From Podarcis gaigeae (taxonomy: Eukaryota): a DNA stretch of 64,000 nt. Under the pieces are notes generated by a model, which saw only the letters and a list, made by a program, of their open reading frames with translations, was not told the origin of the DNA and ran no database searches. The stretch lies in assembly GCA_964106915.2 (NCBI GenBank), contig OZ066914.1. One strand, 5' to 3'. Shown in pieces: positions 34,476 to 48,800 of this stretch (the first letter of the stretch is position 1; the number at the start of each line of letters is the position of its first letter). A program made the translations under genes and the position numbers.

Positions 34476-37041
34476 GAAGGAAGGAAGGAAGGAAGGAAGG
34501 ACAAGCCGAGGCCCATGGAAACATGAATCTGGATTACTTCGCTCATCAGTGCTACTTTGTGAGAACAGAGACTCTGAATGCACAAGGAGTTCCTGTCCCA
34601 CTCAGTATAATGGGTGAGGCAGCTCCCTGTGTGTAAAGGGTGCTTTCAGCACAGTAATTGTCTCTTCAATGAGCTAAATAGGAAGCTCACCTACACAGGG
34701 ACACAATACACAGAGTATAGCATCCACGTACCACAGCAGACTTCAATAGGCTGTCAATACCTTTCAAAACAATCTAAGCCCCTAGGTCAAGAGCTTGATC
34801 AGGGATGGTAGAGTTGGAAGGGACCACAAGGGCCATCTAGCCCAAACCCCTGCAAGGCAGGAATCTTTTTGCCCGGCGTGGGGCTCGAACTCACAATCCT
34901 GAGATTAAGAGACACAAGCTCTACTGACTTCGCTAACTTTCGGGACGGGGTGGGTAGGCTTTGGTGGCAGCAGTGAAACAAGGAGGTATTGAAGTACATA
35001 CACCAGAGTCCAGCACCCGGATGTGGATGCAAATTGCCCACTCCCCAGATATCAGATTGATGATTGGATGACCAGAGATAAGTAAATAAGCTCCTCCCTC
35101 ATTGGATCTGTACAGAACAGTGGAGGGGGGGGGGGTAGGCTGTTTGCTTGTACCGCATATTTATGTGCATATGAGATGGTGAGGTGGCCACAACCACGAT
35201 TGACAGACAGCCCTGGAAGATTTGGCCAGAAAATATTAACCACCCCAATCTCAAATAAATTATCTCTAAAGCTGCTTTATCTGTAAAGTCAACATTACAT
35301 CAAAATGATTGCAAAAGAAAATGTATGCCATATGGTTATAAATTGAAGCAGCCACCTGTTCATACCTGGCTTGTAAGTTTGGACACCTCCTTGGCAAGTT
35401 CAATATCTGGACGTCCAAGCATGCTGACTCCCATACCAGCTTCTCCACGAGCTTTGGCTTTATATTCAATCTAAGACGAATATATGAAATGTCAAGGGGT
35501 TAAAAAAACAAAAACAACACCCCCCCGGCTTCTACATACTGAAATGAAACAATTTATATGCATGCTGTCATATTGCCACAAGTTACTGAACAGTTACACT
35601 GATAAAGTACTTACATCACTGACTAAATGGGAGACTTGGGTGGCTTTCTTAATATCAGGGCGATCCGCCACACTAGTGTAATGGAGCTTGGATTTGGCAT
35701 CCTTTTTGTATTGGATCTAGGTGAACACAAGGATAAAGAGAAGCAGTTACTGTTGTGTTTTCTTTTTAAGGAAAGAACAAGATCCTCTTGATGATAATGT
35801 TTTCACCAGAGCTATTGTTGATGCCGGGGGACGCAGGTGGCGCTGTGGGTTAAAGCCTCAGCGCCTAGGACTTGCCGATCAAAAGGTCGGCGGTTCGAAT
35901 CCCTGCGGCGGGGTGCGCTCCCGCTGATCGGTCCCAGCGCCTGCCAACCTAGCAGTTCGAAAGCACCTCCGAGTGCAAGTAGATAAATAGGGACCGCTTA
36001 CCAGCGGGAAGGTAAACCCGGAAGTGTCTCCGGACAGTGCTGGCCCCTGGCCTCTTAAGTGAGATAGGCGCACAACCCCAGAGTCTGTCAAGACTGGCCC
36101 GTACGGGCAGGGGTACCTTTACCTTTACCTTTATTGTTGATGCCCACCACCCATGCAAAAACTGCATACATTTCACTGTAACGAAACAAAGTCGGCATGG
36201 AAAAGCTACAGCCACCCATGTCAACGTGTGTTTCTCCTATGGCCCATAGCTTTGAAAGGATTATTCCTTAGATTGCCCATCCAGGGTTTTAATGACACAA
36301 CTGGAGGAATAACTTACAGTGCTCTGATTCTTTGCAACTTCCATGGCGTGTTTCACATCAGGAGGCTCCAGCATGATTGAATAGTCTGACTTGCCTTTCT
36401 CCTTGTGGAATTTCTTTTTATAATTTGTCTGTTTCAGAACAGAAAAGAGTTGTGACACACATTCTTCACCTGAGGCTTACTTTGCCGACATTTATAATAA
36501 GAAACATAGGTGATGACTTCTACGCTTAAGGAAGACAGGGGAGCATTCGTGTGGGCCCTCACACATGCACTTGTAGGAAGCTTTGTTTCCTGATCTGCTG
36601 CAAGTTTTCCTCTACGGTCAGAAGCTCTCCACATTAAAAAGAGAGAGGGAGAGATTCAAAGGGCAGCTACATAAACGAGAATAAAGTTGACTGTAAGGAC
36701 TGGTCCCTATGTGGAAAGCCCATCAGTCAAAAACACAACAAACAGATATTGCATTGAATGGGTGTTCCCCTGATGATTTATGGCTATTTAATCCAGCAGA
36801 GATTTTCGTCAGTCAAACAAAGATCAAGGTGATCTTCAGTGATTGCTCCTTCCTACACCAACCCCGTGCTCCTGACTGCTGGGGAACCCTTTGGAAGAAT
36901 ATAAAAGATGGGACACGTACCCAAAATCATAGGAGGCAAGCACCAAGCAATTACTTAACCTATGTCTCAATTGCTGCATCCATATTTTATTTACAGTTAT
37001 TTTAAAATGACTAGAAAGAATTAACTGCAATGAACCCAATT

Positions 37042-37087
<46 letters not shown>

Positions 37088-40000
37088 TTATAGTTCTTCA
37101 GCCGCTACCACTGCCACTCATTTCTACCACACTCTTTAATTTGTAAAGCGTTTCAAAACCTATGTTCATAATCAAGTCCCTTACCAACAATTCATTCAAA
37201 CAGGCATGGATCATGCAAACTCATATCAGAAGAAACAATTTCCAGATTTGACAGCCTGCAGAAATATATTTGAAGGCATTCTCTCTCTTTTTCAACACGC
37301 TAAGCTTCCATCTACACACGATTTCAGAAACTCTGTTCAACCACGTTATTAAACTTATGCTGATATTTAACTATGTGAGCTAACAGGCTGGTGTAAGTAA
37401 CATCAGCCCTGGTGAACATGGAGCAGCACCCTTTTAGTAAGCCTTAATTGGCATGAAGTATAATTTATAATGGAGCAACAACAGTTTCCATCACCAAGTA
37501 TAAACAAAACAAATGCAAGCGTCAACTCAACCAGTGATGTGACTATAGTAATGCAAAAGCAGTTTACCTCACTGACGTTCTTGGTTACGTTTTTGACATG
37601 AACAGTGTCTCGTGTTTCTGGCAATTTTGTAAAGGAGCCATGTGGCAGGTGCTTCTTAACATGTTCTTTGTATTTGTTCTGGTGATGAAGAGAAACAACA
37701 GTTATTGAAGTAATATGTATTAAATAAGGAATAAATGCTGAAAACTGGAGAATTATATACATACATATATAAATGATAAATTACCTCAGACACGAGAGCA
37801 CTAACAGTCTTTGCAAGAAGGATCTGAGGAGTATCTGGAACTGGGTGGATAGTTCCCCTTTCCTTGTTATGCTTCTCTTTATATTTTAACTGGGAAATGA
37901 AATGGAAAGGTATTAGTTTCAAGCAGTGTATAATAAACAGGGCTACACAAATGGGCTCGCCACTGATGGGCATGTGTTTTATTCTGGTGTGAGTCTCCAT
38001 CCTTCTCTGGACTACAGAAAGGCAAGAGCTAGCTCAAATTTTGCATTAACTATTGGAGAGCTTTGGAGGACTCTATTCTAAAGTCCGAACACAGTGTGGG
38101 AAAATTTCTGCCCTTCTACCAGTATGAGAGAAGAGTGGTGGATTTCCTGACATTGTACTGAGACCTGGTGATGTTCAGTGTGGCAGAGACAACTCTATGC
38201 CCTTCAACCAGTTTGGCGTGGGGGCGCTGGATGGCATTAACAGTGCAATTGTGCTGGGCCCTGGAGATGTTTTGAAGTACATCCAGAGCCCAGAAAGGCA
38301 CTAGTAAGAAGGCAGTGACTTGGGCTGGTTATAAAGGCTACAGGAAATTCGAGGACCCCTGTAAATCATGGTAGTTATTTCTTTCCTTACCACTATTACC
38401 AGAACTGAACCTGACATTAAAAGGTGTTTTTGTTATCCAATGCTGAAAATGTTTCTCGGTGTGATTGGTTTGCCACACCTACTTAGAAAAGTACAATCAT
38501 TTGCTAAGGTTTACATGCTGATCTGGGTGACCAAGACTTAAAAAGGGGTGGGGGGTGGGGAAGCTTCCATTAAAAGGATTTTAGAATACTCACATCACTC
38601 GCCAAGATTGCATTCTGCAAAGCCAACACTGTGTTTTTGTCATCTGTTACGGATAGCTTGCATCCTCTATAGTACTCTCGGTCATATTTGTAATCATACT
38701 ACAAAGAAACAGGAGAATAAAAAGTGTCAGAAGTGCAGCCTGTGGCACCAGAGGTATGCCTCGCTATGTCAGGAAATAAAATGGGTGCATGTGGTTTTAG
38801 TTTCCTTACATCACTCTGTTGCAAAGATGATTTGGCAGCTTGGATGAAGTCCGGTCTGTCCACAGTCCAGTGCCAGTGAGCTTTGGCAGCTTCATATTTC
38901 TTCTTGTAATCCAGCTGTTCAAAGAGAAATAGATAAACAATGTAAACATAGACTCAAGCCATTCTTGTAAAAGGGTCACCATAAAACAAGAGTGAAAAGG
39001 ATATTTTTGATTCCCAAAAATAAATACGTAACTAAATGTTTGGTGGTGCAGATGCAAACTTTTATGTCTAGGAATTCTGACACTCCCCATAAAGTTTCAC
39101 TTTCCCTTGGCCATTTATCCAAAGTTGAGCAGTTGATAAATCTCCTATTTTTACCAGTAGGCTGGGAGCGCAACCTCCCCGCCTCCCCACAATATGAGTG
39201 GGCTATGTTTGCCATGGCTTGCGGACTGTACAAGGCTGCAGACAAACAGGTCTGCCACTTTCTACTTTTCCATCCATATCTGCCTTTTTCTCGCTCTTCT
39301 ACAGAATTTTAGCTCTGCTGTGGAACAAGCATGGGAAAAGGCATAGCCTTAAAAGGAAAAAGACAAAAGATTAAACAGGTCGTGGGTTTTATGTTTGGAA
39401 CGACCACATTTTTTTAGCTGTCAGGAATACAGCATGTTAAAAAGGATGGTTTGTTCGTACATGGCTCTTTCAGGAAGTTGGAACCTGGGGATTTGCACCA
39501 CCTACAATTTGTACTCTGCCCAAAGGGATGGGGGTGGACATTTCTCTATCCCACACATATCTAAAGTTGGCATGAGATGCACTGCCTCATCCGATCTGGC
39601 TAGGAGTTTCCGTAAGCGTATGGAAATTAGGCACCGAAAGAGGCCTCAGCTGAGTGGGACCTGGGAGCCCTACTCCCTCAGTTTCCTTTGTAAGGCTTAG
39701 TCACCGGCAACAATAGCACTGGACTCACATTGCTGTTTACTTTGTAGGCCTGCTTGGCAGCTTTGATATGAACGGAATCCGGTACAACGTTGCAGTGAGA
39801 CTTATTCTGTTGATAGACTTCTTTGTATTTCAGCTGTCGAAAGAACAAGAAGGTTAACGTTGCAGATCTCTTTACACGGCTAAACAGAAATCACCCCAGG
39901 GAAAATTGTGTTAATCTGCCCTGGTAGGTCCAAGGAGGCACTGAATTTAGCGAACATCTGAGCAGTGGAGCCCCATTTGCCCTAAGAGAACAACCTTCGC

Positions 40001-43000
40001 TGCATTAAGGGTCCTCCTCCACTGGCAGCCCCCAGCCCCACCTCCCACACTGTTCCAGAAGGTTCCTCACAGCCCACCAAAATTGCATGAGGGTTGTGTT
40101 GGGAGCTGCAGGAGAGAAACAGGGATTTAGCAAATGTCACTTCCAATTTTCTGCCAAATGGGAGAGCCTGCTCCTGCTGGTGGAAGCAAAGTCTAGTACC
40201 AACCCATAATACGTAAGCCTACGGGCCTTTCTCTTAATCCCCATAAAAAGGTAAGCAATCTGAGTGGTAAATAATGAGTAAATATGAGAAAATTCATTAA
40301 TAAATTCATTCATTCATTCATTCTCCCACCATGAATCTATTGTTTCAACAAATATTGGCGTATATCAAATAACCACACTTATAAACACTGCTATGAAATT
40401 TGAGCTATGTTGAAAATAAAGAAAGATGTTTAAATAGTCTAAGGCTTAGCTTTTATAGTGACGCAAACAAAATCTAATATATATCGTCTTACAGACTAAT
40501 GAGCAGAAAATGAATTTGGAACTTTGCTAGACAGAGTTTATATAGAACGATTGGTCTCACCCGAAGTGTAGATTTGCGAGTAGGGATGCTGGAGCCAAGG
40601 AGTCATGTCCTATCCCATTGGCTCCAGCATCCTGTGAGGTAAATGATATTGTTTACTTACATCGCTTATTCTGTCCTTGACCTTCCGTACGTGGAGTAAC
40701 ATGGGAGTATCATGGATTGTGGTATATCCCTTTGGTTTGGCCTTGTTATATTCCAGTTTGTAGAGGATCTGGCAGCAAGAAAGGGCCAAGTTAAGTACAA
40801 GCAGTCATTAGAAATAGCATTTTAATTTTCTTTTTTAAAAAATACCCAAAGTGAACAGATATGTATACAACAATATGTATTGTTGTAGTTTACCTTAGAC
40901 TATCTGAAGGAACTGGAAAAGGCCTGCTCCATCCTCTTTCCCATTCACTCCCATGGGTTTTCCACTGATGTGCTGAACAGGACTGGATTGGAGGATATAT
41001 CTCCCCAGTCAGAACCTTACCCACCCAGCGCACTGTCCCAGCCTCCAAGCTGGTCCTGCTTGTGGATTTCACAACTGGTTGGTGAGGATGCTGGACTGTG
41101 ATGGGCCTTTGGACCAGATCCGGCAGGCTTCTTCTTACGTTCTTCTATCCTTAACCCACCCTCCATGTGCATGAGGGTTCCTCATGCACAGTTCCTCCCC
41201 ATCTCCTAGTGAGCTGTCTCCTACTTGTAAACATGGGGACAGAATGTCCAAATGCTGCCCAGGTACACACAGTCTTGCCCAGGTGACAAACTGCATGCTT
41301 GATTGCTGCACTAAAGTAGGAAATCAGCTAGGCAGTTTTCACCTTCACGATCTGAGCACTCTCTACACAGGCAGCACTGGGATGTTCTGCTTCGGCAGGT
41401 GGAAGTGGTAGAGGGAGGGATGATGTGCTAAGCGTTTAGGATCACAATCATGGCTATTGGGCTTGGACTGCAACCCTTCCAACCATTGGCACTTATCTTA
41501 TCTGGACCTGCTTTTTACTCAAAAGTCTGCACGAGCGCATCCTCCTGCTAAGCTTTCCACTTTCCTAACGTATGTTTTGAAGAGTAGGAAGACCAATAGA
41601 GAAAGCATGGTACATTGTTTCTTACACTAAGTATGTAACCTCTCACATGTGGGTGTGCTACTTGTGCCCAGTCAGTGGCTTCCTATCTACAATGGAGAGA
41701 AGGGAGAGGGTCAGGGCAGATTGTGGATGGAAACATGGGTTGGATGGTGTAGGAGGATACTGGCTAGTATAAGGAACACGCCAGGCTCAAATCCCTCCAT
41801 AGGTAATTGACCAATTTTTGGGTTAGTCACTGTTTCTCAGCCTAACCTACCTTACAGGGTTGTTGGGATAAATTAGACAAAGCCAATTTCGCCACTCTGT
41901 GCAACTTGGAAGAAGAGTTGGATGGGTGTGGAGCTGTCCCATCTACCCCCAGCCACACAATGCATCCGTCTTCCATATCACGGTGCATCCCAGATGTTGT
42001 CAGACTGCAACTCCCATTGACCTCAGCCAGCATGGCCAATAGTGAGAGATGATGGGAGTTGTAGTCCAGCAGCTTCTGGAGGGCACCAGGTTGGGGGAGA
42101 CTGCACTAAGCAGTTGGTGGTTGCTGAATTTCCCAAACTCACTCATTTGCCTGAGCATTTTTAGGCAGACAGTCCTTGTTGCTGTTTCCCTCAGCTTCGC
42201 AGTTCCTAACACCCGCCCCGACCCCAAACTGGCAAGCTGCGTTTCTCTTATTGTCCCCTTCCTCTCCCATCCCATCAGTCAGAATAAAAACCCTGGCTAT
42301 CCCCATCGTTGTCACACAAAGATTAGTCCAGAAAGACACCATACTGTTCCTCCCCCCCTCCCATTTGTCATGACAATTTCCACACTTACATCACTGATTT
42401 GCTTGTTGACTTTCGTCGTCCTCAGGTGTTCCGGAGTATCCACAATCGATGTAAACTTGTCCTTCTGCTTTTCATACAGCTGTTTGTATTTGTACTGTGG
42501 AATTTTTTTTTAAAAAAAAAGCAGCAGTGAATGGTGGGGAATGACAGCAAATCAACAACAACACCCCACCACAAATGCACATTTTAAGAAGAGTCCTAGC
42601 CTTAGCCTGCCTGTTCCAGCAGCTGTCATAGAAGTCAACCGAAACTGTGTACGTGGGGGGAGCCAAGCCCACACGATGGAAATGCCGGAGTTAAGCTTGC
42701 TTTTGGTTACGCTGACTTCTAAACAGGTCAAGTGTGGGGCAGTGGCTGGAGCACTAGATTTGGACATGGGAGCTTGTATCAAAACACCCTTCAGCTATGT
42801 GGTTCCAGGGTTGGCCTTTGGCAAGTCATCATCTTTAACTTATCCCACGGACTTGATGCGAGGATAAAAATGGGATAATCCTTTGCATCATCCTTCCCTG
42901 GGCCGGAAGCAAACACAACCAATAAAGGAACTAAACTAGCAGGGTTTGCCGCTAGTGGATAAAACCCCAAACTCTACGATCGCACTAAGAAATCAAAGGA

Positions 43001-45752
43001 GCCACTTAGCCGAATAAGAAGAGTGGGTGAGTAAGCATTTAAAAAATGGGTTTAAGAAGCGTCCCCCTCCCTCAGTCAAGCCCACAAAGTCTACTGCAGG
43101 GGTAAGCAAACTAAGGCCCGGGGGCCAGATCCGGCCCAATAGCCTTCTAAATCCGGCCTGTTGATGGTCCAGGAGTCAGCTTGTTTTTACATGAGTAGAA
43201 TGTGTCCTTTTAATTAAAATGTATCTCTGGGTTGTTTGTGGGGCCTGCCTGGTGTTTTTACATGAGTAGAATGTGTGCTTTTATTTCAAATGCATCTCTG
43301 GGTTATTTGTGGGGCATAGGAATTCGTTCATTATTTTTTCCAAAGTATACTCCAGCCCCCCACATGGTCTGAGGGGTGGTGGACCAGCCCATGGCTGAAA
43401 AAGGTTGCTGACCCCTAGTCTACTGAGATGAATGAGGTTCTACCAGTTTATGACTGTGGATGGCAGCCCTGTAGAGACTCTGGTAAAGTTTACTAGTCTC
43501 TTCATACAACAGTAAGATAGCTTTGGCTAGTCTCCTCATACAACAGTAAGATAGCTTTGGTTAACCATGCACCCAATCGACATTTAAATTGTAGCATGGG
43601 GTGGGGAGGCTTTGCAATGTGAAACTGTTACTGGTGATTATGCCGATGACTTAAAAATTTATGACGTAATGCAATGAAATGTATTCATGGGAGAATGGAG
43701 AAGTCGGCGTTTCTCTGCAGAACATTCTGTGCAGCTGAAAATCTTGGTCTAGCTTATAGAAAAATTGGGAAGCCTTAGCAGTTGTCTAAAAACAATGCAA
43801 AAAAACCGCTTTTTAAAATGTTGCTTCATTTTCACTGCATGCAAATACAGAGCATGCAAGGCAACACATAGCATGCGTAAAAGAGGGGGAAGAAAGGCAT
43901 GGACAAGGAATCGCAACACATACAAAATAATGGCAAGAATGCTCTAAGCAGGGCTTGGTGACCAGTACCACAAGTAAGAAGACATTTGTATAGGTTGGAT
44001 ACAGAGAACCCAGTCTGTGTTATAGTTAATCCGGTGTATTTTGCTTGAAGGCGGCTGGCACTCCAAACCTAACCATATCTCCATGCAAATAAATTTCATT
44101 GATTTCAATGCAAGTTACTTTTAAGTAAATGTGCTTAAGAACACAGCCTGGCACCCTGATCTTTCCTTTTGCTTGGAAGATCAAGAGGGTTCTCCTGCCC
44201 AACAGAATTTTACCATTTTATGTCCAAATACTTGCATCTTAATTTGACTGTGAATCCCAACCTCTAGAGTTTGAGTGCTATCTAATGCACCTGGTATTGG
44301 AGCTTTTCATGGATCCACATGGTAACTTACGTCCAATTTTGTAACAAGAAGCCTACAATCCTATGCACACTTACCTGGCTCTCCTGAATTGTGTTGTACA
44401 ATGCTGTCAGCATATCTGGTCGCAGAATTTCATTACATCCATGTTGCAGGAACAACTTGGCACTAGCCTTATATTTTTTCTGTGCATGCAAACAGCAATG
44501 AAGCACAAAAAGGACTTATGAAGACAAAGAACTACAAAAAAGCTCTAGATCCCAGAACAATGAGATTTAGGCCTTTGGGATATTTGTGTATTCTCAGAAC
44601 TGCACCAATGCACAGCATTCACCAGGGGCAACAGAATCAACAGACACAGAACTGAATTTTAAAAATGGAAAAACGAGAGTATTACGGTGCCATCATTATG
44701 CAATAATCTGGTTTCCATGCCATTTTCCTTGTAGCACATTTTTGCCTTTGAGCTAAATGGCGCAGAGTTTATTCGTTTCTAGGTTATCTTTGCAACTCGA
44801 CTGACATTTGGTGGAGTGACTTTGACAGTACATTGGTGCATAGTTTATGAGATCACAAAGTATGAATAGGCTCACTCAAAAAGCTGCTATGCTGTTTTGG
44901 GTGGCAAAGTACAGATAGGCTCACTCAAAAAGCTGTTGTGCTGTTTTGAGTGGCAAAGTATAGATAGTTCCAGATACAAACAGAGGGGAAACCTTTGTCA
45001 ATATCATAGGCAAAACCTATGACATCTTTGACTGCAGGCATTTCAGGCAGGTAAAGAAGTGGTCATCCAAGAGTGACAATAGCCAGATTCTGGGTGTTCT
45101 GGCCAGCTCTGTCACAGTACCTGACTGCTTAGTTCGCCTCCCAATTTGGCCAGCAAGGTTCTAGGGTCATCCACCACAAGGGAATACTTATCCTTCTTCT
45201 TCTCATAATCAGATTTGTACAATTTCTGTTCACATCGAACAGTAGCAAAGTGAAAAAGTGGAGGCACAAAGATACATTGAGATCAATGCAAAAACCCATT
45301 AAACAAATCCACCCACTTAAAGAGTAACACCATAAAAAAGGAGAACGGATATAGGCAATAGAAAACACAGAGCTATAATAGCTTTTACAGAGCAATACTG
45401 TGCAAGTATTACTGAAACGTAAAACTTGCTGGTGGATCTTACTCCTAAGTAATCACGTAAAGGGTTGGAGCCTTAAATGTACAACACTAAAAGCCCTTTA
45501 AATCCTGCACTGCCATCCTCCATTTAGTTATAGTTATAGTTATAACTCTATGCATTTATCACTTGCATAAATTTAGTATAAAATATATGCACATGCTATA
45601 CTATAGTTCTGCATATAGTCTAGATTGGGACCTAGCTACTATTTATTATTCTTTATGTCTAAAGTCAATGGATAGAACAAACACCATTAGATGTACTGTT
45701 GGATAAGTGTTAAATGGTTCTTGTCCTTGTATTTGTATTTTAAAAAAACAAT

Positions 45753-45815
<63 letters not shown>

Positions 45816-48800
45816 GGTACTATGTGTAAAGACCACAATCTAGGTAAAAGGTAAAAGGTAAAGGACCCCTGGACAGTTAAGTCCAGTCAAAGGTGACTAT
45901 GGGGTTGTGGCGCTCATCTCACTTTCAGGCTGAGAGAGCCAGCGTTTTTCCACAGACAGCTTTCTGGGTCGTGTGGCCAGCATGACTAAACCACTTCTGG
46001 CACAACGGGACACCGTGATGGAAACCAGAGGCTTTAATCAGAAATATATCCCATTTAATGGAATTTGCAGTCCTAGATTCTCTTTCTTATTTTGTCTAAC
46101 AAATTTAAATGGAATTGCAATTTAGAAGCCTATAGTTCTACTTACCTCATTCACCAGCTGAGTAGCATACTTAAAATGCCTATTAATTGGACTGTCAGCA
46201 ACATACTTGAACTTGGACTTTATCTTCTCAAATGACTCCTTGTATTTACACTAGAGGGACATAAAAGACATTTTTTCTAAAAAACAACAACCACCAACTA
46301 ATCACTATATGGGTGTGATAAAAACACAAAAAGCATACATTTTTTAAAAAATCAATCAGGTGTAAAGGCGTGAAAGAAACATTGCAATTACTTCATGTAA
46401 TTATCATGTCAGTAAGTGTGATATTTACTGATTTGTTGCTGTAACTGCATCTGTTTATCTGACAGGGCCAGTCTGTATGGCACTGCAAAACTGGAATATG
46501 ATAGTATTCCAAAAACCTGCTAAAGCTCATTATGTTGATAATTACATAAATATTGCAATCCCATGCAGATTTGCCCAGAACTAATATTCAGTGGAGATCA
46601 CTCCTAGGTAAGAGAGCATAGGATGGCAGCAGAGAACAGTTCAGACTTAGTAGAGGATAAACTCAATTACCAGGGAAATGACACCATCCCTTATTTATAA
46701 AAGGATATGCTGATGTGTAACTAGCACCTCCAAAAATAGAAGGCACAGTGGGTTTTTCACAGTGCTTTTTTTTTTTTTTAAACGAGGTGCTAGCAATCAT
46801 ATCTTGTTATGCATATACTTTGTTTAAGGTAATGTGTGATCTGTTGCCCTTTGTTTCAATGTAGCCTCAGTAGATATTCCCAGATACTTGGGCACTTTAT
46901 ATGTTATCATACCAATGATCTTTCACCTGTGCAATTATTGGGCAGTTCAGTCAAGCTGTGCATGCTCAGGTTGGCTGTGGAGAGTTAAAACCAATGACAA
47001 ATCTTGTTTGTTCTGAGCAGAGAACTGCTTTATAACCATGGTCGACAAAAGAGGTTTAAAGACTGTCTCAAGGCAAATCTTTTAAAAATGTAGTATAAAC
47101 ACTGACAACTGGGAAACACTGGCCTGCGAGCGCTCCAGTTGGAGAACAGCCTTTACCAAAGGTGTCGTGGGCTTTGAAGACACTTGAACTCAGGATGCAA
47201 GGGAGAAACATGCTAAGAGGAAGGCACGCTTAGCAAATCCACAATGTGATAAACTCTCACCCGGGAACCAATGTTCCCACTGTGGAAGGGCTTGTGGATC
47301 CAGAATTGGCCTCCACAGTCACTTATGGACTCATTGTTAAAACCGCGTTTATGGAAGACAATCTTACTCGGCTACGAGTGATCGCCAAAGAAAGAAGAAG
47401 AAACATGGTCTCAAACTTCTTGTCTGTATTTGCGTGCGTCCATCCCTGCATGCATTGCCTCACCTCAAATAAATATAAAATCGAATGTATGTGTGCAGAG
47501 CAAGTGGGGGAATAGACAGAGAGAAATCACCCTCTTGAAGCTACCAGGCAATATAGAACCACACATACCGGACTGTACAGCGTCTTATTCTTTTCTGCAA
47601 GAAGAAGATCAGGAGTATCCCATGCATAACAGCCAATGCCTCTGAGCCACGTTAAATCTTCCTTATATTTAAACTGTAAAAGCAAAATAACAAGAGCAAG
47701 GTTTACCACAAGATGAGACAATTACAGGAGAGCACAATTTTTTTATATTTATATCTCAAAGCCAGTAGATACTTGGGATCATAATGATCTAAGTATACAA
47801 ACTTGGAGGTAAGAACAATAGCTGTCACTAGAATAAAGTTCAAGGTAAATGTGCTTAAGGGTTGAGATGACAAAATGATAACTCCAATCCACATAGTCCT
47901 ATTAGGCTCAATGGGACTTTTCGCTGCTCTGATGGAACAAGATGAAATCACAAGTATGTGCTGTTTCTATCTGGTTGCAAATGTGGGCATTTCTGTCAAT
48001 TGAAATAGATTTGACTGAATTAACTTCCCTACAAATTAAATTGGGGGAGGGGGTGATAATACAAATGGGCAGTGTTTATTGTTGTCGTTTCAACCCCCAT
48101 GGCCATAGGTATCGATGGGTATTCTCAGCTAGATAAATGTAGGGCTAGATCAGTTTTTAAATATTTGCATTTAGCAGAGCAATGGCCTTTAAAAGCTGTA
48201 ACAACAACATAAAGACTCCCCCCCCCCCAAAAAAAGAAAACCAAGATAGACCTTGCGCCTTTCATGCTTCCTAGCTTGTTTCAGCTGCTCACACCTCCCA
48301 TTGAAAAAGAAAAGCAACCTCTAAGAGTTAGTGGCTGAATATAGACAAGGGAGGCAGCAGAACTTCTCTGTGCAAGTGAAATATGCCTTCTGCTTGAGCA
48401 AAGGGGCTCTTTAGATTCCCACCCAATCCTCCTTTCAACATATCTGCTGTTAAACAAGGAAAACTAAATTGCTGTTAGCTGCTCCTCATTATGTGGCTTA
48501 GATATTCTTGATAGAAGTGAAGTTTAAATTCAGAATTCAGTTTAACGATCCAGGAGAGCCTGTCTCCAAAAGGGATGCAGGGAAATGTCAGCTGAAGTAG
48601 AAAACTATTAATCATTTTTTTCAATGCATTTTGCTCCCCTCAAGTAACACGTTGCAGCCTATTGTTTTAGAAGGCTGTCAGCATGCAATACCCAAGTGTC
48701 AAGGTTGATCCACACTCACATCACTGACTGCATCGGTGACGGCACGGTGGTGGAAATGGTCTGGTCGATCTGGGATAGATCTCCAGATTCCTAATTGACT

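Noticed and set aside
34805-34935. tRNA-Lys gene (also 54630-54705)
   Set aside because: Degenerate cloverleaf fused to a CR1-type tail: SINE heads, not functional tRNAs
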